Source: Desulfobacterales bacterium
GTDB lineage: Bacteria; Desulfobacterota; Desulfobacteria; Desulfobacterales; UBA2174
DNA length: 64,000 nucleotides
Assembly (NCBI GenBank): GCA_963668645.2
Contig: CAXXWC010000019.1
Coordinates: forward strand, 544,001 to 608,000
Reading direction: 5' to 3'
A model generated the notes under the pieces. The model made no database searches, had not been told where the DNA came from, and saw only the letters and a program-made list of their open reading frames with translations. This document shows positions 18,086-28,387 of the stretch, piece after piece (within the stretch, counting starts at the first letter, position 1; each line of letters begins with the position of its first letter). A program made the translations under genes and the position numbers.

Positions 18086-19255
18086 TTAGTTTTTGGGCTT
18101 GTAAATCGCGTACTTGCCGTTTTCATCCACCTGGTACATCAGGTAGGGGACCCCTTCGCGGTCGCCCTGGGCGGTAAAGCCGATGCCGCCGGTAATCCCC
18201 GGCACCCCGTCTGCCTTATCGTGCAGGTAGGCGGCCAGCGTGTCCGGGTCGGTGCTGCCGGTGGTGGCGATGGCGTTGGCGATGATGTTGACCCCATCGG
18301 CGGCGTAGATCGGCCAGGGGCTGGAGGGGATCTCGCCGTACTTGGCCTTGTAGGCCGACAAAAAGGCCTTGGCTTCGGCGGTGTCCAGTTCGGCCGGCAT
18401 CGGCTCCTGGGTCATCAGCCAGCCCTTGGCGACTTCCACCCCGGCGATCTTGACGAAATCGTCGTTAATGACGGCGTTGCTGCCCACGAAGATGCAGTCC
18501 AGGCCGATGTTCCTGGCCTGGCGGGCGATAAGCGCGCCTTCGGGGTAGTGGCCGGTGTAGTAGAAGACATCCGGCTTGGCCTCGCGCAGCTTGGTCAGGA
18601 TGGGAGTAAAATCCTTGTCTTCCGGGTTGACCGCGTCGTAAAAGACGATTTCGACCTGCCCGGCATCGATCTTCGACTTCAACGCCTTTTGGGTCTCTTC
18701 GGCCACGCCGATGGCGAAGGTGGTGTTGTTGTGGACGATGGCGATGCGCTTGGCGCCGAACTCGCGGGGCACGAAATCGGCAAAGAAGATGCCCTGGGCA
18801 TCGTCCCGGCCGCAGGTGCGGAAAAAGAAATTGCGCCCCTTCTGGCTCAGCCCGACAAAGGTCGCCCCGTAGGCGATGTTGATCATCTTGCGCTTTTCAA
18901 AGATGTTGGAGCTGGCCTCCACGGTGGGTGAACCGTAGGTGGATACCGCCGCTACGATGTCTTTCTGGGAAACCATTTTCATCGCCGCCAGGGCGCCGTC
19001 CTTGGGGGTTCCGGAATCGTCGAATTCCCGGATCTCGATCATCCGGCCACCCAGGATGCCGCCTTTTTGGTTGATCAGATCGGCGGCCACCTTGCAGGAC
19101 TGGACCGCCATTTGCCCTTCGAAGGCCCAGGGGCCGGTGATCGGGGCCTGGATGGCAATGACCAGCGGCTCGGCAGCCGCGGCAACCGGCGAAAAACCGA
19201 TGGGAGCAAAGGCAAGCACCGCAACCAGGACAGCATAAACCCACAGCTTTTTCAT
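18086..19255 (-). CDS. LivJ/LivK-like ABC substrate-binding protein
   Basis: Signal peptide, APITGPWA, INQKGGILGG, FFRTCGRDD.QG, DFTPILTK. Confidence 0.88.
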   Translation of the reverse strand: MKKLWVYAVLVAVLAFAPIGFSPVAAAAEPLVIAIQAPITGPWAFEGQMAVQSCKVAADLINQKGGILGGRMIEIREFDDSGTPKDGALAAMKMVSQKDIVAAVSTYGSPTVEASSNIFEKRKMINIAYGATFVGLSQKGRNFFFRTCGRDDAQGIFFADFVPREFGAKRIAIVHNNTTFAIGVAEETQKALKSKIDAGQVEIVFYDAVNPEDKDFTPILTKLREAKPDVFYYTGHYPEGALIARQARNIGLDCIFVGSNAVINDDFVKIAGVEVAKGWLMTQEPMPAELDTAEAKAFLSAYKAKYGEIPSSPWPIYAADGVNIIANAIATTGSTDPDTLAAYLHDKADGVPGITGGIGFTAQGDREGVPYLMYQVDENGKYAIYKPKN

Positions 19256-19608
19256 TTTCTGGCCTCCGTTGGATTTGTTGTTGATGCAGGAATGAAAATG
19301 ACTGGTCTTGCCGGCCCGCAAGGCCGGAAAGGAAAAAGGGTTATTATAAGAAATATCTCATAATGTCAACACGGATATTTCCCCGTCCAACTTTATTTCG
19401 TTTTAGTTTTAATGGGTTGGATAGACAGAATATTTCAGTGAAACTTAACACCGACAAACCTGAAGCAGGTCTCCGATGCACCGGAACATGAACCGTATCA
19501 AAATTAGGATATTGCTTTATTGTATTTATTTGTACACTTAAATTTTTTTGCGGCGAATGAATTCGCCCCGTTACACAATCGCCGACAGTTATCGATCGTT
19601 AAGGTACA

Positions 19609-20940
19609 ATGATAAGACTTTTTGAAAATCTGAGGGGCCGGCATCCGGCCGGTGAAATAGGGGGCCTGGTTGCAGCCTGTTCGGCCCATCCCATGGTGCT
19701 GGATGCCGTTCTTGCCGCGGCCGCAACAGGCGGCTGGCCCCTGCTGGTGGAGGCCACCGCCAGCCAGGTCAATCCGGCCGGCGGCTACACCGGGATGACC
19801 CCGGCCGCCTATATCGAGGATCTGCACCGGCGCGCCCGGGCGGCAGGGATGCCGGCCGAGCGGCTATTGATCGGCGCAGACCATCTGGGCACTTACCCTT
19901 GGCGCCATCTGCCGGCCGCAGCGGCCATGGACCGGGCCTCGGACCTGGCGCGCGCCTGCGTGGCGGCCGGCTTCGACAAGCTGCACCTGGACACCAGCGC
20001 ACCGTGCGCCGGCGATCCCCTCCCGCGGCTGGCGCACGGCGAAGTGGTGACGCGAACGGTGACGCTTTGCCGCGCGGCCGAAGCCGCCGCCGCGAATCAT
20101 GGGGCTTTGAAACGCCCGTTTTACGTGATCGGAGCCGATGTCCCGACGCCGGGGGGCGGCCTGGAGGGAGAAACGCAGGCGCCGGTGAGCGTACCCCGGG
20201 TCCTGGTGGAAGAGATCGAGACCTTCCGCGCCGCCTTTGCCGCGGCAGGACTCGCCGATGCCTGGCAGCGGGTGGTGGCGGTGGTGGTCCAGCCCGGCAT
20301 CGATTTCGGCGATGCGGCCGTCGCCGCCTACCGGCCCGAGCGGGCCGCGGCTCTGAGCGCGCTGCACGACCGGCTCCCCGCGCACCTGGCCTTCGAGATC
20401 CATGCCACCGATTTCCAGTCCGGCGAAGCCCTGGACCGCATGGTGGCCGACCGTTTCGGCCTGCTCAAGATCGGGCCCTGCCTGACCTTTGCCCTGCGCG
20501 AAGCCTTGTACGCGCTGGCCCACATCGAGGCCCGGCTGCCGGCCGTCAAAACGCCCGCTGACCTGATCCGGACCATGGAGGATCTCATGCTCGCCCGGCC
20601 GGAGCACTGGCAGGGGCACTATCGCGGCGGCAGCGCCGAGCTGCGCTTCTTGCGCCATTTCAGCTACCGCGACCGGATCCGCTACTACTGGCAGGCGCCA
20701 GAAGCCCGGCGCGCCGTGGATCTACTCCTGGCCAACCTGGCCGCCGGACCGATTCCCGCCGGCCTGCTGCGCCAGTACCTGCCGGATCTTTTCGCCCAAA
20801 CCCTTCAGGGCCCGCAGCGCATCGACCCCGTCGAAATTATCCACCGGCGCATCCGGCAAGCCTTGCAACCTTACGCGGACGCCTGCCGGCCGTCCGAAAG
20901 AGATCAAAAAGGCCTCGATGATCGATGCAGCTTCCTTTGA
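19609..20940 (+). CDS. gatZ: GatZ/KbaZ family protein (tagatose-bisphosphate aldolase non-catalytic subunit / tagatose-6-P epimerase family)
   Basis: CSAHP.V, EATASQVN..GGYTGM, DHLG, HLDTS, VVQPG.DF, HATDFQ, LKIGP.LTFALREAL, DRIRYYW. Confidence 0.88.
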   Translation: MIRLFENLRGRHPAGEIGGLVAACSAHPMVLDAVLAAAATGGWPLLVEATASQVNPAGGYTGMTPAAYIEDLHRRARAAGMPAERLLIGADHLGTYPWRHLPAAAAMDRASDLARACVAAGFDKLHLDTSAPCAGDPLPRLAHGEVVTRTVTLCRAAEAAAANHGALKRPFYVIGADVPTPGGGLEGETQAPVSVPRVLVEEIETFRAAFAAAGLADAWQRVVAVVVQPGIDFGDAAVAAYRPERAAALSALHDRLPAHLAFEIHATDFQSGEALDRMVADRFGLLKIGPCLTFALREALYALAHIEARLPAVKTPADLIRTMEDLMLARPEHWQGHYRGGSAELRFLRHFSYRDRIRYYWQAPEARRAVDLLLANLAAGPIPAGLLRQYLPDLFAQTLQGPQRIDPVEIIHRRIRQALQPYADACRPSERDQKGLDDRCSFL

Positions 20941-21652
20941 GGGTATGGGGGAGCGGTCATCGTCAGCGATGCGCCATTTGCGCTCTTGATAGTTCAACCA
21001 AGCCCCCATTAGCGGTTCAAGTGGTTCGCCGTCCGGAGCAGAACCGTGCAGGGAAAAGGAGACCATCACCTCTTTGCAATCACATTTTCTGACCACGCAG
21101 TAGTGCGTCGAATACCACGAAACTGCGATCCGGCATGGCGAAATCGAGCCTCGCGCCAAAGGGCAGGATATCCGTGTAACCCACCATGCTGCTCTCGTAT
21201 TCGATGGCATCCACCGGAAAATCGGTATCAAAGTCTTCCGGATCGGCGCTCTCGGTCATTTCCTGCCTGGAAACCAGAAACAATTGCGCCAGCAGATTCC
21301 AGTCAAGCTCCGAAAGGGTTTCGACCACCCGTACCGACAAAACGGGATCGGCTCCCAGCTCCAGGGCACCGTCCTTTTCCTTCGACAATTGCCGCAACGC
21401 AAAATCCACGAAAACCCTCTGCGCTTCGGTGCCCGGGGCGGCGACCGGGCTCAGGCTCAGCACCACATCCGTACAGGTGCACAAAGGATCGGCACAGGTT
21501 TCCAACACGACACCATACTCGCAGGCTTCAACGTCGCCGGCCAACGTCAGAGACAATCGTCCGGTAGCCCTGTCCAATTGCAGCGCATGCGGTCCTGACA
21601 GGTCGTCTTCAGACGGCCTGGCCGCCGCCCAAACATCTTGCCATCTTTTCAC
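20900..21652 (-). pseudogene. Frameshifted hypothetical gene with two CxxxxCxC motifs (3' limit approximate)
   Basis: GTG at 21652 overlaps the upstream stop. The first frame has CADPLCTC; after a shift near 21105 the second frame continues HYCVVRKCDC...; the tail runs into the end of gatZ. Confidence 0.5.
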
Positions 21653-22314
21653 CGCGAAGTTCCTTCCCTTTTGGCCCCAACTCTTGCCAGGGCCGCCTTG
21701 AGGGCCGCAGAGTGCAGGTCGCCGGCCACGTGGACCGGACTTTTCTGGTAGATCGGGTCCCACCCGGCCGGGTTGGCCGAGCAGTGAAACTGGCATTCGA
21801 CGCCGATGCGCACCACGGCATCCTCCACCTGCCGGCCGATCATCTTCTCGGCCGCAGGCCAGGTGGCCCCGCAGGGGGCCCCGCGCTCGACGCGGATCTC
21901 GGCGATGCGCCCGTTTGCGGTGCGCACGTCAAACCGGGGCATCCCGAAATCCTGGCCGTAATGGCCCAGGCCGTCCTGGTGGGTCAAGGCACAGCAGGTC
22001 ACCGGCATCAAAACCCCCTCGACCAGATGTTTCTTGCCCGAACCGATGTACGGCACCCCCGCGGCGCTGCAGCGCGCCGCCAGGTCGTAGGAAAGGTCCG
22101 GGTGGCTGAGATAATCGAGCACCAGGTCGGCATCGAGGGTCTCGGGAAGGTACGCTTCGGTATCGTCGATCACCGGGGGCAGGTCTGTGGGCAGATCCAC
22201 CACCCGCAAGTCGTAGCGGTCTTTGCCGTAGCGGCGGATCCCGGCGACCTTGCGCTCGCCGCTGCCGTTTTGTTGAAACACCAGAATGCGCTGGGGCTGG
22301 GCGTCGGTGTCCAT
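21649..22314 (-). CDS. DUF166-like protein
   Basis: LP.VIDD...YLP....ADLVL...HPDLS, RGAPCGATW, CSA, HVAG.LH motifs. Confidence 0.7.
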   Translation of the reverse strand: MDTDAQPQRILVFQQNGSGERKVAGIRRYGKDRYDLRVVDLPTDLPPVIDDTEAYLPETLDADLVLDYLSHPDLSYDLAARCSAAGVPYIGSGKKHLVEGVLMPVTCCALTHQDGLGHYGQDFGMPRFDVRTANGRIAEIRVERGAPCGATWPAAEKMIGRQVEDAVVRIGVECQFHCSANPAGWDPIYQKSPVHVAGDLHSAALKAALARVGAKREGTSR

Positions 22315-24203
22315 CAGGATTCGATCTCCTTGCGTCTTGCTTCGAATTCTCGCTTGCGGGCCTCGAACTCGTCCGTGGCCGCTTCCAGCTCGGCGAAGGC
22401 CGCGTCGATGGTCTGCTGGCAGACATGCAGGGCCTGGGACAGCTCGCGGATCCGCTCGCCGTCCTGGGCCTGGGAGGCGGCCACCATGGCATCGTTGAGA
22501 TAGCCGGTCTCCACCTCCCGCTCCTCGATAGTTTTTTCGGCCGTGGCGATGCGCTTTTCCAGAGGCTTGAGGACCCGCGCGCGGTCGGCGACCCACTCGG
22601 AGCGCAACCGTTTGAGGGTTTTGCGGTCCGTCTTGGCATCGCTTGCAGCTTCTTTGACGGACGCCTGGGCCGGTGACATTCGGCTGGGCGCCGCACGCTT
22701 GGCGCGCCGGGCACCGGACTCGCTTTGCCACCCGCTCTGATCGAGAAACTCCTGGTATCCGCCCCAGAACACCGATACCCCGTCATCCTGAAAGACCACC
22801 AGCTTCTGGGCCAGGGCGTGCAGGAACATTTCGTTGTGGGTCACCATGATCAGGGTGCCGGGAAACTCGTCCAGGGCCGCCAGCATGGCGTCGCAACTGT
22901 CCATGTCCAGGTGGTTGGTCGGTTCGTCGAGCAGCAGCAGGTTCACCGGGGCCGCCAGCAGCCGGCCGAGCATGACCCGGGCCTTCTCGCCGCCGGAAAG
23001 CACCGCGATCCTTTTCAGGGCGTCATCGCCGGAAAACATCATCAGCCCGCAGATGTTGCGCACCTGGGTGCGGGTAAAGTCCGGGGCCGCAACCCCGATC
23101 TCCTCTTCCACAGTCCGTTCGTCCACCAGGCTCTGGACGTTGGTCTGTTCGAAAAAGCCCTCGGTGAGGTTGGCCGCCTTGCGCACCCGGCCCCGGGCGG
23201 GCGCCAACTGCCCGGCCAGGAGCCTGAGCAAAGTGGTCTTGCCCCTGCCGTTGGGGCCCACGATGCAGATCCGCTCTCCGGCGGTCACCTGCAGATCGAG
23301 GTCGCGGATCAGGGGGGTCTGCGGATCGTAGCCGAAGGCCAGGGCCTCGGTCTGGACCACGTGGCGGCCGGAAAAGGGCTTGTAGCGGAATCTGAAATCG
23401 AGGGTATCCTGGCCCTGGAGCTTATCGCGCTTTTCCATCTTGGCCAGGGCCTTGATGCGCGACTGGACCATCCCGGCCAGGCGGGCCTTGGCCCGGAAGC
23501 GGGTGATGAACAGCTCCACCTCCTTGCGCCTTTTCTCTTCGTTGAGGCGGGTGTTTTCGTAGATCTCCTCTTCCTGGGCGATCTGCTCGTAGTACTTGCC
23601 CGTGTCCCCTTCGATCTTGCGCACCTTCTGGCGGTGGATGCCCAGGATGTGGGTGACCACCTGGTCCATGAAGCCGCGGTCGTGGGTGATGACCATCAAT
23701 TCCCTGGGCCAGGCCTTGAGAAAGCCGACGATCCAGCGGATGGAGGTGATGTCCAGGTAGTTGGTCGGCTCGTCGAGCAGCAGCAGGTCCGGATCGCTCA
23801 CCAGGACCTTGGCCAAGTTGAGGCGCACCTGGTAGCCGCCGGAAAACTCCGCCGGCGAGCGATCGAGGTCGGCCTGGGAAAACCCGAGCCCGGAGAGGAT
23901 CTTTTCCACCTTCCAGTGGTGGTCGCGCTCGGCCGGGGCCAGCCCGGTCATCCCCTCTTCCAGGACCGTAGGCCTGGAAAATTCGAGATGCTGCTGCACG
24001 TAGCCGATGCGGTAGTTCTTGGGGATGGCGATGAGCCCCTCGTCCGGACGGGTCTCGCCCACGATCATGCGCAGCAGGGTGGTCTTGCCGTGGCCGTTGC
24101 GGCCCACCAGGCCGACCCGCTCGCGGGCGTTGATCTTGAAGTTGATCCCATCCAGCAGGATCTGGCCGCCGTAGCCCTTGGTGAGATTTTCGACTTGAAG
24201 CAT
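22314..24203 (-). CDS. ABC-F family ATP-binding protein
   Basis: Two ABC cassettes (GRNGHGKTT, SGG, LDEPTN; GPNGRGKTT, LSGGEK, LDEPTNHLD), no transmembrane segments, C-terminal coiled coil. Confidence 0.92.
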   Translation of the reverse strand: MLQVENLTKGYGGQILLDGINFKINARERVGLVGRNGHGKTTLLRMIVGETRPDEGLIAIPKNYRIGYVQQHLEFSRPTVLEEGMTGLAPAERDHHWKVEKILSGLGFSQADLDRSPAEFSGGYQVRLNLAKVLVSDPDLLLLDEPTNYLDITSIRWIVGFLKAWPRELMVITHDRGFMDQVVTHILGIHRQKVRKIEGDTGKYYEQIAQEEEIYENTRLNEEKRRKEVELFITRFRAKARLAGMVQSRIKALAKMEKRDKLQGQDTLDFRFRYKPFSGRHVVQTEALAFGYDPQTPLIRDLDLQVTAGERICIVGPNGRGKTTLLRLLAGQLAPARGRVRKAANLTEGFFEQTNVQSLVDERTVEEEIGVAAPDFTRTQVRNICGLMMFSGDDALKRIAVLSGGEKARVMLGRLLAAPVNLLLLDEPTNHLDMDSCDAMLAALDEFPGTLIMVTHNEMFLHALAQKLVVFQDDGVSVFWGGYQEFLDQSGWQSESGARRAKRAAPSRMSPAQASVKEAASDAKTDRKTLKRLRSEWVADRARVLKPLEKRIATAEKTIEEREVETGYLNDAMVAASQAQDGERIRELSQALHVCQQTIDAAFAELEAATDEFEARKREFEARRKEIES

Positions 24204-24591
24204 CTTTGATTGCAGGTTCCCGGTTGCGGTTGAGGCGCCGACCGTGCGACGCGAAAAAGACCGAATTAAAGGGAAATCAATCTATATAGTCCCGGGGCGG
24301 GTGTCAAATGGTTGCCGGATTCCCCGCCGCCGTGCGCCTCGCCCCTGGCAGCCATGTTCGATCAAAACCTCTGCTTTTTTGCGCCGCCCTGCCGAATTGG
24401 GCCTTCTGAAGGCCACGGGGCAGCCCGACCGCCGCCAGCCTCCCGGCGCTAGCGCCGCTCGGGCGCGCAAACTCAGACCCAAGGACGTGTAAGATGCGAT
24501 ACCCGAAGGACCTCAACATACGACCGGATTTGGTGTATGAAAACGAAATCGCCCTGATTCGGGCTGAATCCTCGCAGCGAAAGGAGCCTCC

Positions 24592-25389
24592 ATGCGCTTT
24601 GGGGCCATGAACTTCCCCATCCGGCCGGTGGTCGAGGAGATCCGGGCCATCGAAGCCCTCGGCTTCGACTACCTCGAACTGACCCTGGACGCGCCCATGG
24701 CCCACCACGAGGTGGTGCTGCGGGAAAAAGGTCCAATCCTGACCGCCCTGGCCGAACATGGCCTGGGGCTGGTCTGCCACCTGCCGACCTTCGTTTCCTG
24801 CGCGGACCTGACCCCGGGCATCCGCGAGGCTTCCCGCGCCGAGATCCGCCGCAGCCTGGACGCGGCCGCCGAACTGGGGGCCGAGAAGGTGGTGGCCCAC
24901 CCGCCTGTGATCGGCCCCATGGGGGCCCTGGCCCAAGACCTGGTCCGGCCCCTGGTGGTCGAGGGGCTCAACGAAATGCTGGATCACGCGGCGAATCTGG
25001 GACTGACCGTCTGTCTGGAGAACATGTTCCCCCGTTACGGGGTTATGGTGGAGCCTGAAGAATTCCGCCCGGTCTTCGAGGCCCGGCCGGACTTGAAGCT
25101 GACCCTGGACACCGGCCATGCCTTCATCCAGGGCGAGGGGGAAAAGCGCTTGTTCGCCTTTGTCGAAACCTGGGGCCGCCGCCTGGGGCACCTGCACGTG
25201 AGCGATAACCAGGGCCGGTGCGACGACCACCTGCCGGTGGGCCGGGGCAAGGTCCCCTTTTCCCGGCTGGCCAAGGCCTTGAAATACCGGACCACGCTGG
25301 ACACCGTAACCCTGGAGATCTTCACCGGCCACCGCGAGGACCTGGTACATAGCCGAGAGACCTTCCAGAGGTACCTTGATGCGGCCTAA
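24592..25389 (+). CDS. Sugar phosphate isomerase/epimerase (AP endonuclease 2 TIM-barrel) family
   Basis: GFDYLEL, CLENM, LDTGHA, HLHVSDN.G..D.HLPVG.G, TLEIF; AAGGAG RBS. Confidence 0.85.
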   Translation: MRFGAMNFPIRPVVEEIRAIEALGFDYLELTLDAPMAHHEVVLREKGPILTALAEHGLGLVCHLPTFVSCADLTPGIREASRAEIRRSLDAAAELGAEKVVAHPPVIGPMGALAQDLVRPLVVEGLNEMLDHAANLGLTVCLENMFPRYGVMVEPEEFRPVFEARPDLKLTLDTGHAFIQGEGEKRLFAFVETWGRRLGHLHVSDNQGRCDDHLPVGRGKVPFSRLAKALKYRTTLDTVTLEIFTGHREDLVHSRETFQRYLDAA

Positions 25390-26231
25390 CTCGCGTTAAC
25401 CATCGCCGCCTGGCGAATCGCCTGGTAAAGATCCTGGGGACTGCGGCCATTGTCGTCGGCGATATCACGCACGCTCTTTTCGGGCGCAGCGCGGATTCCC
25501 GCATCGGCCAGACGGCGCACCATCGTGGGCAGGTTCAGGTCGTATTCCTGGCAGATATCGGCCAGGGTGCGCCGGCCGAAGCCGGGAGGCGGGGCTTCAG
25601 GCAGCGCGACGGAAGCGGAGGTCTTGGCCCCGTTTTGCGGCGCCCGCATGGCCAGGTAGACCTGCTGGGGGGTCAGGCCGTTGTCCGCGGCGATCTCCTG
25701 CAGGGTCGATTTCTCATCCGCCACACGGATCCCGGCGGCCCGCAGCCCTTCCAGGGCCGCGGCCGGATCGATCCCCACCCTGGTGGCGAAGGTCTTGAGG
25801 CCGGACAGCTCGGCATGGCCGTAAGGCGGCTCGCCGTACTTGACCGCACCGGCGTCCTTGATGGCCTCGCCGCCCGCGATGATCCAGGAAAACGGCGGCA
25901 CCAGCAGCAGGGTGCCCGCCGTGACCACCGCCGTGACCGCCAGGGCCGTGGAAAACTCGGGCGTAAAAACCCGCATGCGACGGGCCCGGTCTTTCAGATA
26001 GCCCGTGATGGCCGGCCAATTATAATAGGTGTGAAGGAGAATACTCGCCAGGAACAACACCCCCAGGTTGATGTGGACGTTACCCCAGGTGGTCTTGGTC
26101 ATTCCCCAAAGGCGCCAGTCGGCCCAGTAGGCCACCCGCCCCGCGGGAACAATGTAAAGCACCACGCTGGTAACCACCAGCAGGAAAAACGACGTCAAAG
26201 CCGTCAGGGAAGTGATCTTGCGCATCTTCAT
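25386..26231 (-). CDS. DUF4405-like membrane protein
   Basis: TS.VLYIVP.GRVAYW..W, W...H, LH.YYNW transmembrane histidines; PPYGHAEL. Confidence 0.7.
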   Translation of the reverse strand: MKMRKITSLTALTSFFLLVVTSVVLYIVPAGRVAYWADWRLWGMTKTTWGNVHINLGVLFLASILLHTYYNWPAITGYLKDRARRMRVFTPEFSTALAVTAVVTAGTLLLVPPFSWIIAGGEAIKDAGAVKYGEPPYGHAELSGLKTFATRVGIDPAAALEGLRAAGIRVADEKSTLQEIAADNGLTPQQVYLAMRAPQNGAKTSASVALPEAPPPGFGRRTLADICQEYDLNLPTMVRRLADAGIRAAPEKSVRDIADDNGRSPQDLYQAIRQAAMVNAS

Positions 26232-26376
26232 CGCCGTGCCCCCATCACATAGTAAGGTCAAATGCTCTTTTTCAGCCTTTTCAGAGCCTGCCCGGATCAC
26301 AACGTTACACCCGGTTTTGACAAGCATCCATCTCTTCTTACCATAACAACGTGACCAGAGACCAAGGGAGGCAGCG

Positions 26377-27357
26377 ATGCAAGACGACAAATGCCAGGAT
26401 GCCGGACAGTGCCGCATGGATCTGGACGAATGCGCCCGGATGCGCTCCCGGCTGCCCGAGATCACCGAGCGGATCATCGCCGGTTGCAACGACGCCGATT
26501 GCTTTGCCCATATCGACCACGAGCCTCTTGCCCGCGAAGGCTACGTGGTGGATATCATCGCCCGGCTGCGCGAGCTGCTCTTTCCTGGCTATTTCAGCCG
26601 CGACAAGCTCGATCCGTTCAACTACCGCTACGCCCTGGGCCAGACCGCGGCCCAGCTCTACGACCGGCTCAGCGAGCAGATCACCCATTCGATCCGCCAC
26701 GAGTGCCTGCGCCATGACCTGCCGTGCAGCGACTGCGTCGAGCGGGGTCGGCGCATCTGCCTCGACCTGCTCGAGAGCCTGCCCCAGATCCGCAAGGTTC
26801 TGGCCACCGACGTGCGGGCGGCCTACGACGGGGACCCGGCCGCCAAGAGCCACGACGAAATCGTTTTTTCCTACCCGGGCATCTTCGCCATCACGGTCTA
26901 CCGGGTGGCCCACCGGCTCTACCAGCTCGAAGTCCCCCTGCTGCCGCGCATCATGACCGAGCACGCCCACAGCCTGACCGGAATCGACATCCATCCCGGG
27001 GCCGAAATCGGCGAGCGCTTCGTCATCGACCACGGCACCGGGGTGGTGATCGGCGAGACCACCGAAATCGGCAGCAACGTGCGCATCTACCAGGGCGTCA
27101 CCCTGGGGGCCCTTTCCCTGCCCAAGGACGCCGGGGCGCGCTACCGCGGCCGCAAGCGCCATCCGACCATCCAGGATGACGTGATCATCTACTCGGGGGC
27201 CACCATCCTGGGCGGGGATACCGTCATCGGAGCCCGCTCGGTGATCGGCGGCAACGTCTGGCTGACCGAGTCGGTGCCGCCCGACACCCGGGTGATTCTC
27301 GAGACCCCGCGCCTGATCATCGGGCGCATGGGCCAGAGGGAAAAAGATGAATCTTAG
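26377..27357 (+). CDS. cysE: Serine O-acetyltransferase
   Basis: AAYDGDPAA, TGIDIHPGA.IG, IDHGTGVVIGET, YQGVTLG, KRHPTI. Confidence 0.92.
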   Translation: MQDDKCQDAGQCRMDLDECARMRSRLPEITERIIAGCNDADCFAHIDHEPLAREGYVVDIIARLRELLFPGYFSRDKLDPFNYRYALGQTAAQLYDRLSEQITHSIRHECLRHDLPCSDCVERGRRICLDLLESLPQIRKVLATDVRAAYDGDPAAKSHDEIVFSYPGIFAITVYRVAHRLYQLEVPLLPRIMTEHAHSLTGIDIHPGAEIGERFVIDHGTGVVIGETTEIGSNVRIYQGVTLGALSLPKDAGARYRGRKRHPTIQDDVIIYSGATILGGDTVIGARSVIGGNVWLTESVPPDTRVILETPRLIIGRMGQREKDES

Positions 27358-27414
27358 CCGAGGGCGGCCGTCCGACCGGCCGCATACCGCCGATTCAAAC
27401 ACAGGAGGCCCGAC

Positions 27415-28341
27415 ATGCCGATCTATGACCGCATCGATATGACCGTCGGCCGCACCCCGCTGCTGCGCCTGACCCGCATGGCGGAGGATCTCAAGGCCGA
27501 AGTGCTGGCCAAGCTGGAGTTTTTCAACCCCCTGGGCAGCGTCAAGGACCGCATCGCCCGTTCGATGATCGAGGCGGCCGAGGCCGAAGGCCGCATCGGT
27601 CCGGGGGCCCTGATCGTGGAGCCCACCAGCGGCAACACCGGCATCGGCCTGGCGTTTATCGCCGCGGCCCGCGGCTACCGGCTCTGCCTGACCATGCCCG
27701 AAACCATGAGCGTCGAACGGCGCAAACTGCTGCACCATCTGGGTGCGCAACTGGTGCTGACCCCCGGCGCCGAAGGGATGGGCGGGGCCATCGCCCGGGC
27801 CGAGGCCATCGCGGCCCGCGAGAGCGGCGCCTTCATGCCCAACCAGTTCGCCAACCCGGCCAATCCCAAGGCCCACCGTGAGACCACGGCCGAGGAGATC
27901 TGGCAGGACACCGGCGGCCGCATCGACATCCTGGTGGCCGGGGTGGGCACGGGGGGCACGATCACCGGAATTTCCCAGGTGCTCAAGGCGCGCAACCCGG
28001 CCTTCAAGGCCGTGGCGGTGGAACCGGCCGGATCCCCGGTGCTTTCCGGCGGGCCAAAGGGGCCCCACAAGATTCAGGGGATCGGGGCCGGCTTCGTGCC
28101 CGCCATCCTGGAACGCGGTCTTATCGACGAGGTAATAACGGTGGAAGACGAGGCGGCTTTCGAGACGGCCCGGGCCCTGGCCCGGCGGGAAGGCATCCTC
28201 TGCGGGATCTCTTCGGGGGCCGCGGTCTGGGCGGCCCTTGAGGTGGCCCGGCGGCCCGAAAATGCGGGCAAGCGCATCGCGGTGATCCTGCCCAGCACCG
28301 GGGAACGCTACATCAGCACGCCCCTGTTTGCCGAGGCGTGA
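27415..28341 (+). CDS. cysK: Cysteine synthase A
   Basis: [48 protein letters not shown]. Confidence 0.95.
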   Translation: MPIYDRIDMTVGRTPLLRLTRMAEDLKAEVLAKLEFFNPLGSVKDRIARSMIEAAEAEGRIGPGALIVEPTSGNTGIGLAFIAAARGYRLCLTMPETMSVERRKLLHHLGAQLVLTPGAEGMGGAIARAEAIAARESGAFMPNQFANPANPKAHRETTAEEIWQDTGGRIDILVAGVGTGGTITGISQVLKARNPAFKAVAVEPAGSPVLSGGPKGPHKIQGIGAGFVPAILERGLIDEVITVEDEAAFETARALARREGILCGISSGAAVWAALEVARRPENAGKRIAVILPSTGERYISTPLFAEA

Positions 28342-28387
28342 AGCGTCCCGCGGCGGCCGGCACTCCGGGTGCGACTGCCGGTCGACC

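Noticed and set aside
14580..18931. Long plus-strand ORFs here (494 and 627 aa) and similar ones at 22725, 26338, 44188, 47843 and 60492
   Set aside because: These are antisense shadows of well-supported genes in high-GC DNA, with no recognisable motifs.
19341..19369. Consensus TTGACA/TATAAT promoter for the liv operon on the minus strand
   Set aside because: The spacing is only 15 nt. The region is plausibly a promoter, but the exact elements are not supportable.
24494..24610. 38-aa ORF (MRYPKDLNIRPDLVYENEIALIRAE...) overlapping the epimerase start
   Set aside because: It is short and has no recognisable motif, and cannot be distinguished from chance without conservation data.
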